The notes beneath the pieces are model-generated. The model did not search any database and was not told the DNA's origin. It worked only from the letters and a program-made list of their open reading frames with translations. From the NCBI RefSeq assembly GCF_963921235.1, contig NC_086105.1, positions 95,480,001 through 95,544,000 of the forward strand: DNA of 64,000 nucleotides. Direction: 5' to 3'. Shown one piece after another: positions 11,650-25,094 of this stretch; position 1 is the first letter of the stretch, and every line of letters begins with the position of its first letter. The translations under genes and the position numbers were made by a program. This DNA is from Mobula hypostoma (Eukaryota).

Positions 11650-14600
11650 ACATGACTTTATTGACGAGTGTAAAATCACGAGGGGACGAACTTAATCTTT
11701 TTTCTCAGGGTTCGGAATGAAGAACTAGAGGGCATTGCTTTAAAGTATGTGGGAAAAAAATTTAGTAGGAAATTGAGGGGCATTTTTTTTTACTCACAGA
11801 AGACGGTATCTGTGTAGAATGATCTGCCAGAGGGAAGTTCAAAAACAACTTTTAGAAGACATGGAATCATAGACCACTACAGCACAGAAACAGGCCATTT
11901 GGCCCATCTGTTTCATGCCTGTTATTCTGGTTAGTTCCATCGGCCCATACCTAGACCATAGCCCTTCATTCTCCTAAATGTTGAAATCGAACCCATATCC
12001 ACTTCCTCTGGCAGCTCGTTCCACGCTCCCACCATCCCGAGTGAAGTTGTTCCCCTGAGGTTCCCTTTAAAAGTTCCTTTTTCTCCAGCCCTATACCTTT
12101 CCCACCCACCTGGTTTCACCAATCGCCTTTTAGCTCGACCTCCTTTCTTTCTCCCCAGCTTATTTATTCTGGCGTCTTGCCACTGCCTTTCTAGTCCTGA
12201 AGAAGACACTCGACCCAAAAAGTTGACTATTGGGTCAATGACTATTAATTTTCATAGAAGCTGCCAGACCTACTGAGTCCTTCCAGCACTTTGTGTATGT
12301 TCTTCTTAATTGTTTTACTTTTCACCCTTAGCCCATGACCTCTTGTTCCAGTTTCACCCAGCCTTGGTGAAAAAGCTTGTTTGCAATACCCTAGGTATAC
12401 CCCTCATAATTTTGTATACCTCTATCAAATCTTCCCTCATTCTCCTACACTCCAGGGTATAATGTCCTAACCTATTCAGCCTTTTCCCTTAACTCTGGTC
12501 CTCCATTTCCAGCAACATCCTTGTCAATTTTCTCTGTACCCTTTCAAATAGCATACTCTTTAGCATACATTTTTCTTATACTTCAACATAACATAGAAAA
12601 CCTACAGCACAATACAGGGCCCTTGACCCACAAAGCTGTGCCGAACATGCCCTTACCTTAGAAATTACCCAGGATTACCAACAGACCTTTATTTTTCCTG
12701 AGCTCCATGTACCTGTCCAGGAGTCTCTTAAAAGACCCTATCATATCTGCCTCCACCACCGTCGCCAGCAGCCCATTCCACACACTCACCACTCCGTGTA
12801 AAAAAAAACTTACCCCCGACATCTCTATACCTACTTCCAGGCACCTTAAAACTGTGCCCTCTTGTGCTAGCCATTCCAGTCCTGGCAGAAAACCTCTGAC
12901 TAACCACACAATCAATGCCATCATCATCTATCACCTCTCATCCTCTGTCACTCCAAGGAAAAAAGGCCAAGTTCACTCAACCTATTCTCATAAGGCATGC
13001 TCCCCAATCCAGGCAACATCCTTGTAAATCTCCTCTGCACCCTTTCTATTGTTTCCACATCCTTCCTATAGTGAGGCAACTACAAATGATCACAGTACTC
13101 CAAGTGGGGTCTGACGAGGGTCCTATATAGCTACAATATTATCTCTCAGCTCCTAAACTCAATGCACCATATGCTTTCTTAACCAGAGTCAACTTGCACA
13201 GCAGCTTTGAGTGTTCTCTGGACTCGGACCCCAAGATCCCTCTGATCCTCCACACTGCCAAGTCTTACCATTAATACTATATTCTGCCATCATATTTGAC
13301 CTACCAAAATAGCATCCTAACTCCTGTCCTCAATACTTTGATTTATGAAGGCCAATTTGCCAAAAGCTCCTATTACAACCCTATCTACCTGTGACACCAC
13401 TTTCAAGGATTTATCTACCTGTATTCTGAGATCCCTCTGTTCTTCTGCACACCTCAGTTCCTTACTGTTCACTGTGCAAGTCCTACCCTGGTTTGTCCTC
13501 CCAAAGTGCAACATCACACATTTGTCTGCTCTAAATTCCATCTGTCATTTTTCAGCCCAGTTTTCCAGTTGGTCCATATAATTCTGCAAGTTTAGATAGG
13601 CATCCACACTGTCCACTACACCCCCAATCTGGGGGTCATCCACAAACTTGCTGATCCAGGTTACCACATTATCACCCAGATTATTGATATAGATGACAAA
13701 CAACAACTGACCCCGCACAAGCCTCCAGTCAGAGAGGCAACCATCTACTACCACTCTCTGGCTTCTCCCACAAAGCCAACATCAAATCCAATTTACTACC
13801 TCATCTTGTATGTCAAGTGACTGAACCTTTTTGAACAGCTTCCCATGCAGAACTTTGTCAAAGGCCTTGATAAAGTCCATGCATATGACATCCACTGACT
13901 TTCCTGATAATCTCCTTGAAAAACTAAGATTGGTTAGACATGACCTGTCATGTACAAAGCTATGTTGACTATCCTTAATCAGGTCTTTTTAAAAAAATAT
14001 ACTCCTAAATCTGATCCCTTGGAATACCTTCCATTAATTTACCCACTACTGACATCAGACTATAATTTCCCTTCATATTCTTAAAGCCTTTCTTCAACAG
14101 AACATTAGCTGCCCTCCAGCACTTGTGACCAAGACCATTTTAAATACTCTGCCAGTGCTATGCAACTTCTGAACTAGCCTCCACAAGTTCCAAGGGAACA
14201 CCGCAGGGTCTTATCCACCCTAATTTGCCTCAGTAGTAAACACCTGCTCTTCTGTAGTCTGTAAATGGTCTATGGCCTCACTGTTGTTTTGCATCAGTTC
14301 TATAGACTTGGTGTCCATTTCCTGAGTAAATAAAGACACAAAAAACTCTATTTAAGTTTGCCTCATTTCATTTGGCACCATTTCAAGTGAACCAATTTTG
14401 TCCCTTTGCTAACTTTTTTTCTTAATATATTTAGAAGCCCTTGGGATTACCTCGTCTTGTCTTTTTCTTAATATTCCTTGAAAACCCCCTAGGTTCCCTA
14501 CATCTGTACAGGAAAATACTGTACAAACTCTGTACTCTCAATATTTCCCTTTTGAAGACCTCCCACTTATCAAGCATCCCTTTGCCTGAAAACCTGCCAA

Positions 14601-15380
14601 ATTCTTTCTGATGCCACCAAAACCAGCCTTTCTGCAATTTAAAATCTCAGCTGAGGACCAGTCCTGTCCTTCTCCATAATTATCTTGAAACTAATGGAAT
14701 TATGATCACCAGAATCATGTTCGCTTGCACAAACTTGTCACCTGCCCTGTCTTGTTCCCTAATAGGAGATCCAGTATCAGACTCTATGCAGTTAGGACCT
14801 CTATTTATTAAGGAAACTTTCCTGAACACATTTGACAAGCTTTCTCCCATCAAATCCCTTTACAGTGCGAGAGTCCCAGTGAGTATGTGGAAAGTTAAAA
14901 TCACCTTATTTTACTTGCTAGTCTGCTATCTCTCTACAAATTTGTTCCTCTAAATAATACTGTTGGGTGGTCCATAATTCCATTAACATGGTCGTCACTT
15001 TTCTATTCCTCAGTCCACCCATATTACCTCAGTAGATGAGCCCACCAGTCTGAGCACTGCTGACATATTCCTTGACTAGTACTGCCACCCCTTCCCCTTT
15101 AATACCTCCCGATCAGGTCTAAAAGAACTGAATCCTGTCCCTCCTGCAACCGTCTCAACAATGGCTATAACATAATTCCACCTCTCACTGAAGCAGATGC
15201 AACTCAGAACATTCTTCTTGGCATGCTCAACCTATTTTGGTTGGACAAATACACGAATTGGAAAGGTTCAGGAGGTTATGAGCCAAACATGGACAAAATG
15301 GGACAAACTTGGATGAAGCATTTTCGTCAGCAAGGACTAGTTGCACCCAAGGGCCTATTTTCAAATTGTAGAACTATAAC
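11650..15380. mobile_element. Nested CR1 cluster: CR1(+) split (about 11650-11861 / 15238-15380) by CR1(-) (about 11862-15190), which is itself interrupted by a Penelope tail (about 12075-12305) and a second CR1(-) (about 12585-13312)
   Basis: Minus-strand translations MEFRADKCVMLHFGRTN and ISKFVDD; CR1 3' tails; CR1 3' sequence is continuous across the insertion (agaagacat|ttggacaaatac). Confidence 0.75.
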
Positions 15381-15559
15381 ATGGTTAGTGGTATATACGT
15401 GCTGCAATGGACTTGTATCAGTTGGCCTGTCTGTGCTACACTGTATAACTATTCCCATTAACTGAAAACTAACTTACCACAAATCATGCTTAAAAACAGT
15501 AGTTTTGCAGGTTTTGCTTACTGAAACACCAGATTCAGGATTAACAGTCAGAGAACACT

Positions 15560-16675
15560 ACAGCAGAGGTGAAGGTGGTGATGAATGGGCAGATGGAGCA
15601 CTTCAGCCACTTGCAGGGATAGGAGCTGGGAGGGACAAATGGAGCCATCCCTGCAAAAAAACAGAGTGTGGGGAGGTAAAGCTGTGCTTGGTGGTAGGAT
15701 CCCTTTCGAGACAGCAGAACTTATGCAGTATGATGTGTTGGATGTGGAGGCTCACAGGGTGGTAGGTAAGGACAAGAGGAACAGATGAGTCGTGATCCTA
15801 TTGAATGGCGGGGCAGGCTCTATGGGCCAGATGGCCTACTCCTGCTCCTATTTATGTTCTATCACTGTTAAGGCTGTGGGGAGATGGGGCAAACATCCTA
15901 GCACCTCTGCACCATCTTATTTACATCTTTCTTCTAGGTAGGTGACCAAAACTGGGCACGATACTCCAAACAAGGCTTCTTATACAACGTAATGTCCGAA
16001 ACCTTGTAATCAATGCATTGGCCTTCAATGTACCAAAAGCTTTCTTTAAACCCTATCTATCTGTGACAGCACTTTCAATGATTTATGGATCTGTATTCCA
16101 GATCTATCTGTTCTACTGCACTTCTCAGTGCCCTACCATTTACTGTGTAAGCCCTACCCTGGTTGGTCCTCCCAAAGTGCAACATCTCTCACTTATCTGC
16201 ATTAAGTTCCATCTGCCATCTTCTCAGTTGGTCCAGATCCCACTGCAAGCTCTGATAGTTTTCCTCACTATCCACTACACTACCAACCCTGGTCTCATCT
16301 GCAAATAGTTTACCACAATGTCATCTATATCAATGAGCTGGATGATAAACAAAAAATGGACCCAGCACCCATCCCTGTAGTACACCACTAGTCACAGATC
16401 TCCAGTCAGAGGCAACCATCTACAACCACTCTCTAGCTTCTTTCACGCAGCCAATGTCCAATCCAATTTACCGCAACTTGAATGCCAAGTCACTGATCCT
16501 TCCTGATCAACCTCCCATGTGAGACCTTATCAAAACCCACGTAGACAGCATCCTCCGTCTTGCCTTCATTAGCTTTCCTGGTAACTTTCACGAAAAACTA
16601 AGATTGATTAGACACAACTTACCACGTACAAAGCCATGTTAACTATCCCTAATTAGTCCCCCTCTATCCAAGTTC
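15560..16675 (-). mobile_element. Penelope-like fragment (about 15560-15890) followed by a CR1 RT fragment (about 15890-16675)
   Basis: Reverse-complement matches to the PLE and CR1 sequences elsewhere in the window. Confidence 0.6.
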
Positions 16676-17390
16676 TTCGGTGTTATCATTTCAGGGAATT
16701 TGTCCTGAGCCAAGCATGTAAGTGCAATTATAAAGAAATCACAGCAGCGCCTCTACTTCCTTAGAAGTTTGGGAAGATCGACATGACATCTAAAACTTTG
16801 ACAAACTTCTATAAATGTGTGGTGAAGAGTATATTGACTGGTTGCAACATGGCCTGGTAAAGAGACAAAAGTGCCCTTGAATGGAAAATCCTACAAGTAG
16901 TGGATATGGCCCTCCCACCATTGAGCACATCTACACGGAGTGCTGTCGCAGAAAATGTGTCCACCATTCAGGACCCCCGCTGCCCAGGAAATGCTCTCTT
17001 CTCGCCGCTGCAATCAGGAAAGTGATACAGGAACCACAGGACCCACACTACCAGGCTCAGAAACAGTTATTACCCCTGAAGCATCAAGCTCTTGAAACAA
17101 TCACTTGCCCCCATCACTGAACTGTTCCCACAATCAATGGGTTCACTTTCAAGGACTCTTCATCTCATGTTCTCAATACTTATTGCTTATTTATTTTTTC
17201 TTCTGTATCTGCACAGTATTGTCATCTTTTGCACACTGGTTGTTTGTCCATCTTGTTGGGTGAGGTCTTTCATTGACTCTTTTGTTTCTTGGATTTACTG
17301 TGCATGCCCACAAGAAAACAAATTTCAGCATTGTATATGATGAGGTACAGTATCTATTTTGATAATAAATTTATTTTGGAACACCCTCAT
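16675..17390 (+). mobile_element. Rex1/Babar-type LINE 3' end with tail
   Basis: QQRLYFLRSL..TSKTLTNFYKCVVKSILTGC motif. Confidence 0.7.
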
Positions 17391-17479
17391 TTCCAATAAA
17401 TAGGCACAGTTACTCATTGATCTAGAACTTTGTGTATCATAGTGATCTGATTAATAAACAGCAACGCATGCCCAGTCCC

Positions 17480-17634
17480 AAGTCTTCAATAGTAATTTAT
17501 TCTTTATCTGACTTCAGGAAATGTTGACGCATTGGAAATATCTCTCTGAACAAACATCAAGAGCCACAGCAGCATGTTGTACTTTAAGCACTGCTAGGAT
17601 GTTGGGTGTTTCACACAATTCCGACAGCAAGAAC
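17480..17634 (-). other. NDUFAB1: NDUFAB1 non-coding 3'UTR exon with poly(A) signal
   Basis: tcttttgcttttgcag| acceptor at 17635; AATAAA (minus strand) at 17496-17501; a donor G|GTGTGA lies 6 nt after the stop codon. Confidence 0.5.
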
Positions 17635-18782
17635 CTGCAAAAGCAAAAGACTAATTTCAGAAACATTTTATGCAAATGTTCTACCCCAAATGTGTCACTG
17701 ATGAGTGAGCATTGCTTCACACAATTGGCCTGACCTCTAGTCTGTGCTAAGTTAAAGGATCATGGAGAGACTATTAGGCCTTTAGATTGTGCAAGATTGC
17801 TTGGTTAATTAGATATAGTGGACCTCACAAGGAGATATTTTACTTCAGACACAATCTGTGCCAGCATTTATTACCCTTTGGAAAGCAGTGACTTTTATCA
17901 GCCAGCTTTTGACATATTTTTGATAGTAATTAACATTCTATTAATGTTGCAGACACAGGTCAGATTTGGCCATTGAGCCCAATTTCCTTTCCTGAAGGGA
18001 CAACAGTCCTCTAGTTCTATGCTTATTATTACAGGTACCAAATACTTACTCCAGATGTATTTGATGAAACTGAAATGCTGTGGTGGGATTGAATTTGATT
18101 AATCACTCACAATGCTTTAGTACCACTGGTGCCCAAGTACATATCCATATCAGAACTATGATTCCACTTGCTGTGTCATGGAACAGAGAACATCACAGTG
18201 GGCTACAGGTCCTTTAGCCTACTACACTGTGCTGACATTTTAATCTATTCCAACATCAATCTCTTTCCTCCTACATAGCTCTTCATTCTTATATCATCCA
18301 TGTGCTTATCTGTTTCGTAATGTACCTGTCTTTGTCATCACTTCAGGCAGGGCGTTCCACATACCCACCACTCTGTAAAATATCCGAACTCTGATATCTC
18401 CCCCCGCCCCATACTTCCCTCCAACCACTAAACATGATGCCCACCCTATCAGCTTTTCTGCCTACATTGGATGACTCCTACAATGACTTTCTTTGATTAT
18501 TAGGAACTGTCAAATCACAACCTCCTCTTAACATAGCAATTCTTCAAACTCAGCACCACCCAACTCCCTCGCAACAACTCAAATAGATATCCTCTGGTCT
18601 TTACTTTTGACGTCAAGGGACCTATGAGAGACCAAATCCAATCAATCACTCTTCCCTTTGCTCTTAACAGATCATGCCACTGGATATGCATTAATGTTTA
18701 GTCCATCCTGCTCCCTCACCCCCATGTAATTAGCATACAAAAGCTCTTACCCTATTAGGACTCTTCAGGGTCACACCGAATC

Positions 18783-18896
<114 letters not shown>

Positions 18897-19605
18897 TCAG
18901 TAGTTCCTAGGAATCAGTAGCCTGGTTTTTAGGGACCACTCCTCAGCTGGCTGAACAAATGCTTCTCAGCATCACTCTCTATCAGTCTCATCATTCTAGG
19001 TGGCAATGTACGTGGATGTGAACTGTCGCAAAGGAACCACGGCAAGCTGCTGCAGGTAGATGAATATTCAAGCCGGATAGGATTCAACTGCCAATCAAGC
19101 AGACAGCTTCTACAAGTTTCATTGCTGCACCCAACCAGTAAAAGGATGGCAATCCATTCCACTCCTAACCTTGCAGATGGTGGAAAGTGTCCAGCAAATC
19201 AGGAGGCCAATTACTTGCTACAGAGCACCCAATCTCCAATGTAAACCTGCATTTACATTACAGGTCAGTAAGCTATGACCAAAGGTGATGATGTTGATAT
19301 GGGAAGTAAGGGGATGGTGGTTCAGTCTTGGCAGTGATGTTTAAGAATAGTCATTGCCCAGCATGTGTAGCACAATATTATTTGCTGCTCAGTAGCTTCT
19401 AGGACTTCCTGCAAGGGGGCACTAACTACTTTATTATCCATAGTAATGGCACTGAGAGCTCAAATAAGAATTAAAGATAACAAGATCCAGGCTCACTCAT
19501 GATAACCAGAAATCCATTCGATTACAGGAATACTATACTCACAAATCAGGGAAAAGGGACACAATTCAGAGAAAATTTGCAAAACTGATAAGATGTTCAC
19601 AATCA

Positions 19606-19776
<171 letters not shown>

Positions 19777-20666
19777 TCACCCACAAGGAATCAATGAAGA
19801 AAACCAATCTAACCAGCAACAAATCACTCCAAGAAACCAAAAGTAATTTTTTCTTATATTTCACGTTTAGCCTATTTAAGCCTAAATCTGCCTTTAGAAC
19901 AATTCCTAATCTCCTGCTTATTTCACTGTTACTCTTTCCCTATGCCCAACACCCCTTAGGTCTGGATCACCTTATTGGATTGACTTCCTTGTAGGCAATT
20001 ATGACAAACCAACATTTATCATTCTCAGTGCTGAGATGAGCTATTTACTCCAGCTCTTAATTAGTTTACTCCAAGTGCTATCTATGGCTGGCAATGAGAC
20101 CTGATGCCTCCAGATAATTAAAGACTGCCAGATATTAATCCACCAACATACCACTATGCTACTGTACCCCCTTAGCTAAGAGGGCATAACGACAGGTTTT
20201 ATACATAAGCACAAGAAATTCTGCAGATACTGGACATCGAAAACAACATAATACATATATGTTATACATGCCTGCCTGTAAAACCAATTGGTTAGAAAAT
20301 AACATCATCTCCAATGCAACGGCACCACAGGATTAAAATGCACAATGGATTTTCCCCCTGGATTTACATATCACCCTCCTCTGCCAGTTCCATCTCACCA
20401 AAAACTATAATGTTCTGCAGAGACCTTACATAACATGTAATCAAACTACAAAATAACCTGCTTTTACCCAAAATGTATAAAAGCATGTTGGAAACATGCA
20501 GTGAGTTAAGCAACCTCTGCAGAGAATCTGATTCACAACAGAACCCTTTGTAGCTGTTGGTCAGCTGGCTGAGACAGACTGTTTCTCCCACCCCCACATG
20601 GTGTTACCTTATATTATTAAGTTCTCTTATGATACATTCCCACAGGAAAATAAAGTATTAATCCTA

Positions 20667-20921
<255 letters not shown>

Positions 20922-21339
20922 TCACTCATATAGAAGACGGCCAACCGATAACCAGCTGGAAGAGATGTCATCAAACTACTTACTGAAAGTCAAGCTGCAG
21001 CATATCCCTTCAATTCTGACAGATGTTCACTGGCCCAAAATATTAATTTGTTCTCTAAGTAGGTACCATTTGTTAACCTGAAGTTCCATCATTTTATGTT
21101 TCAACCTGTTTGATGGTTGAACCAGCAGCCTCAGTTCATAAAAACACTGGAAGTTGTTTAAGCAATTTTCTTCAGCTAACTGGAGACGGACAATGGCATT
21201 GGAAGCAGCATGTCACTAATTTGAGATGATTTTGAAGCAAGCAGTATTCTACTTAAAACTACGTGGCTACTGGTTGGTGTTGGATAAAAATTGGCCAGGA
21301 CCGAGGCAAACTTCTGATCATTCTGGAAAGAGGCTGCAG

Positions 21340-22770
21340 TTATCCATCAACCAAAAACACTAACACAGATCTGCACAGTAATTTGACCTTTGCACTACCA
21401 GACTTCTTCCAAATCTGACCAATTCCCTTTTTACAACCACCCTCCCCCATCTGGCTGAACAGGTCCTTATCCTCAACAATCTTTCTTTCAGCTTCTTCAA
21501 GTTCAAGGTGTAGCCACTGGCACCCGCTTGGTAGGTGTACTGATACTGCTTCCTGTACCCATGCTGAGTTTGTCAATTTCATTAACATTGCCTCCAATTT
21601 CCACTCTGCCTTAAATTCACAATCTATTTCTGACACCACTCTCTCCTTTCTTGATCACTCTCCACCTCTGGAGACAAACTGTCTACTGACATCTTTAATA
21701 AGCCAACAGATTCCCATGGCTACCTTGACTATACCTCTGCCCACCGTCTCCTATAAAAATGTTATTCCCTTTTCTCAGATCCTTCGTCTCCACCCCCTCT
21801 GTTCCCAGGATGAGGCTTTCCTTTCCAGGGCATCACAGATGTCCCCTTTCAAAGAACAGGGTTTTCCTTTCTCCACCATTGATAATACCTCTCCCACATC
21901 ACCTCTATTTCCCACACATCTGCTCTCACCCCATCCTCTTGCTGCCTTAACAGGGATAGGGTTCCTCTTACCTTCACCCACCACCTCATTAGTCTCTGCA
22001 ACTTCTGTCAACTTCAACAGGACCCTACCACCAAACACATCTTTACCTCCCCCCCACCCAAACTCTTCCCTTGTCCATTTGTCCTTCCCTCTAATCTCCC
22101 TCCCAGCACTTACCCCTGAAAGCAGCCGAAGTGCTTTACCCGACCATTCACCTCCATCTTGGGGCCCAAACAGTCCTTCCAGGTGAGGCAACACTTCACC
22201 TGCCAATCTGTTGGATTCATCTACTGAAACCAGTGCTTCCGAAGCAGCCTCCGTTACATTGGTGAGACAGCTTTTGTCGAACACCTCCGCTCCATCCGCA
22301 AAATTTCCCCAAGAGCCAACCATTTTAATACTCATCAGCTTCCCATTCTGACATGTTGGTCCCTGCCTCCTCTTCTGCCACAATGATGCCATTCTCAGGT
22401 TGGAAGACCTTATCTTCTGTCCAGGTAGCCTCCAAGCTGATGGCATGAACATCAATTTCTCCATCCAGTAATACCCACCTTCCCTCTTCTTCTATCCCCA
22501 CTCTGGCCTCTTATCTCTTCTCATTTGCCTATCCCCACTCCTCCCTTTTCTCCACTTTCCTTTGCTATCAGATTACTTCTCCAGCCCTTTATCTTTTCCG
22601 ATTATTACTTCCCAAATTCTTACTTCATCCTCCCTCTTCCACCCGACTTAACCTTTCACTTTCTACCTTGTCCTCTTTCCCCTCCCCCACCTTATTCTAG
22701 CATCTTCCTTCTTCCCAGTCCTGATGAAGTTGACTCTTAATTCATTTCCATAGTCATTGCAGCATTGTGT
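21340..22770 (+). mobile_element. Degenerate Penelope-like element with tail
   Basis: NVIPFSQILRLHPLCSQDEAFLSR; GIY-YIG remnant near 22200-22270; CTGATGA tail motif at about 22720. Confidence 0.75.
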
Positions 22771-23334
22771 GTCATGGACCAATACCATTAAGCAAGGTGT
22801 CCATGGACCGCAGGTTGGGAACCCTTGATATGTGTTCTTCCATGTTTGCTGTCATACATTTATCACTCTTTTTGTATGTTTGATAGAACTAATTTAGTCT
22901 AATAATTTTCATATGGTCAAGTGCATACAACTTTTTACTTGCCTTCATCCTACCCGAGGGCGGTCGACCTGCTGTTTTGGATATACTCTCACTTCTTCCT
23001 TTTCCACTTTATTTTCCCTGGTGCTGCACCTCTCACCAGTCTGAATCCTGACCCAAACCGCTCTCCTGCTACCATCTTGAAGCTGACTCTTCCTTAAAAC
23101 AGCCTTTCCCTTTGTACTCCTAGCATCCTCTGAATGGCCAATAAGCCGTTCATCATCGCTGTCCAACACCAGAGCTTATTCTTATTGATATCCTTCCTAT
23201 ACAACCGATCCAATCTAGTGCCAGGCTTTGGAAAGCAGTTTTATTTCCTTACCCTCTCTGCATGTGCCTCCTTGAATATTTGATTTATAAAAAGCCTTAT
23301 TACTTGTCATATTATTGTTGGCAATTATATTATT

Positions 23335-25094
23335 ATGGCCTTGACAGAAGCTGGACTGTGACAGATATTCACTCCCATCTCACATTTGCTAAGCTTGCTT
23401 TTAAATAGCAACTTATGGAGAAGAGTATGTAACTGAGTATGCGCCATGAGGCTTGCTTCACCCTTCACCTTCTAAGGGTGCAAAGGGTTAGGGCCCATCC
23501 CAAATGTCCACTCCCTCCCTAATATAGCACGACATCCTTTAGAGCACTATTGTCAAATATGGTACAGTGATGGATCCACTCAATTATAATCCTTGCTCCT
23601 GATTATAAAAGGAAAATTGTTATCGGAAACTGCATTTGAAACACACGGGTTGCAAGAACGTCCTTTAAGGAATCATACGGCCCAGTCTGCAGAGGCTAAA
23701 ACCCTAGAATTATGTCTAAAACAAGACAAGAGAACCAGTCTTCATATGTACTGACTCTGATTATTTTAGGAATATGATAGAAAGAGATCTTCCTATCTGG
23801 TCAACTGCTGGATGGAGAGAACACAAAGGTAAACTGCTTTCGCATTGATTTATGAGTTCTTATTGACTCAGACATTAGCACTGGAGTTACACATTCCAGG
23901 ACAAACTACAGGCCTCTTACAGCTATGGTAATAAAGTACCAAAACAAGCTGTCAAGATGGACCTTACTATAGTAAGGGAGGCCAGGGTTTTCGTAGTAAC
24001 TAAGCAACAAATAAAAAATAACTAAGATGATGTTTGAAGAATTCTCCCAGATACAACTGAACCCAATCTCAAAGTAGTTCCAACACAGTACAAACATGAT
24101 GCTGATGGTGAAGGCAAGGTTTGGGTTTGCCACCCTAAAATAGACAAGCAAATACCCCCTGCCCACCAAGGGGAAGCATCGATTCAAGAAGTCCACCAAG
24201 GAATCGGACACAAATATGGTGACGGACAAGCCACTCAAACAAAATTAGCCACGTTATACTGGTCACCCTACATGTTGAATGATTGTAAGCAATTCATTCC
24301 TGGCATATAATAAAAGAGCAGTTGCAAGACCACCTTCTATAAAATCAACTGCACCAATGCAAGTGTAGAAATGGATTATATAGACCTATTTCTGGCATCC
24401 CAAGGTACACCACCTTATGAGAAAACTAGTTAGTATATTCTGCTGGTAATTGATCTTTGTATGGGACATATGTGGTTTGTCTCCGCAACTTGTAGTGAGA
24501 TCGCAAACATCACAGCACTCCAAAACTCCAGAGTCCCACATGCTGGTACCCTCACCTGCATACATGCCAGTCGAAGGTTTTCCTTCATGGCGAGGGATTT
24601 CAAGCGATGTGAATAAACAGGCAGGAGTGAAGTGCAACACTCCCTACCAGCTGAGTGAAGGATTCTAGAGATGAGGTGAGACTTGGAAAAACGTCTACTC
24701 TAGAGGCAAAGCAGACTGTGCCTGAAGTACAACAATACACCAATTGTGAAAAAAGGTGTACACAAGAATCAGGCCAACCAGCACCTATACCCAATACAAC
24801 TCTCCTCAAATTACTGGGAGCTTATGGGAATTCAAGAGAAAACAAAAGAACATGACAAGAAATTTTGGAGATCACAAAAAGGGGACTGTGTCCCAGGAAA
24901 GAAATTCCATAAAAATAATTCCAACCCTAGTTTGAGTTCTAGATGGAAACTTCCTTGTTTCATTACCCAGGTTGGACTGTGGTAATGAAGACCAGGAGGG
25001 GAAACAAGACTGTAAGTAATCTGTCTCCATAGAAAATATCAAACCTGCCCCAGCAGGATTTACACCTTTGACTTTTAAAACCATCTCTTACTAG
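23335..25094 (+). mobile_element. pol: Endogenous foamy-virus-like (spumaretrovirus) pol remnant: connection, RNase H, integrase
   Basis: Manual translation across stops and frameshifts gives WYSDGS (23560), PLRNHTAQSAE (23662), PVFICTDSDY..RDLPIWSTAGW, PTQY..GKVWV..QIPP..EVH..ATQTKLATLYWSPYM (24080-24275), MDYIDLFLASQG..YILLVID..GHMW (24371), NTPYQ and [20 protein letters not shown] (to 25046). These are collinear with prototype foamy virus Pol as recalled. Confidence 0.85.
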
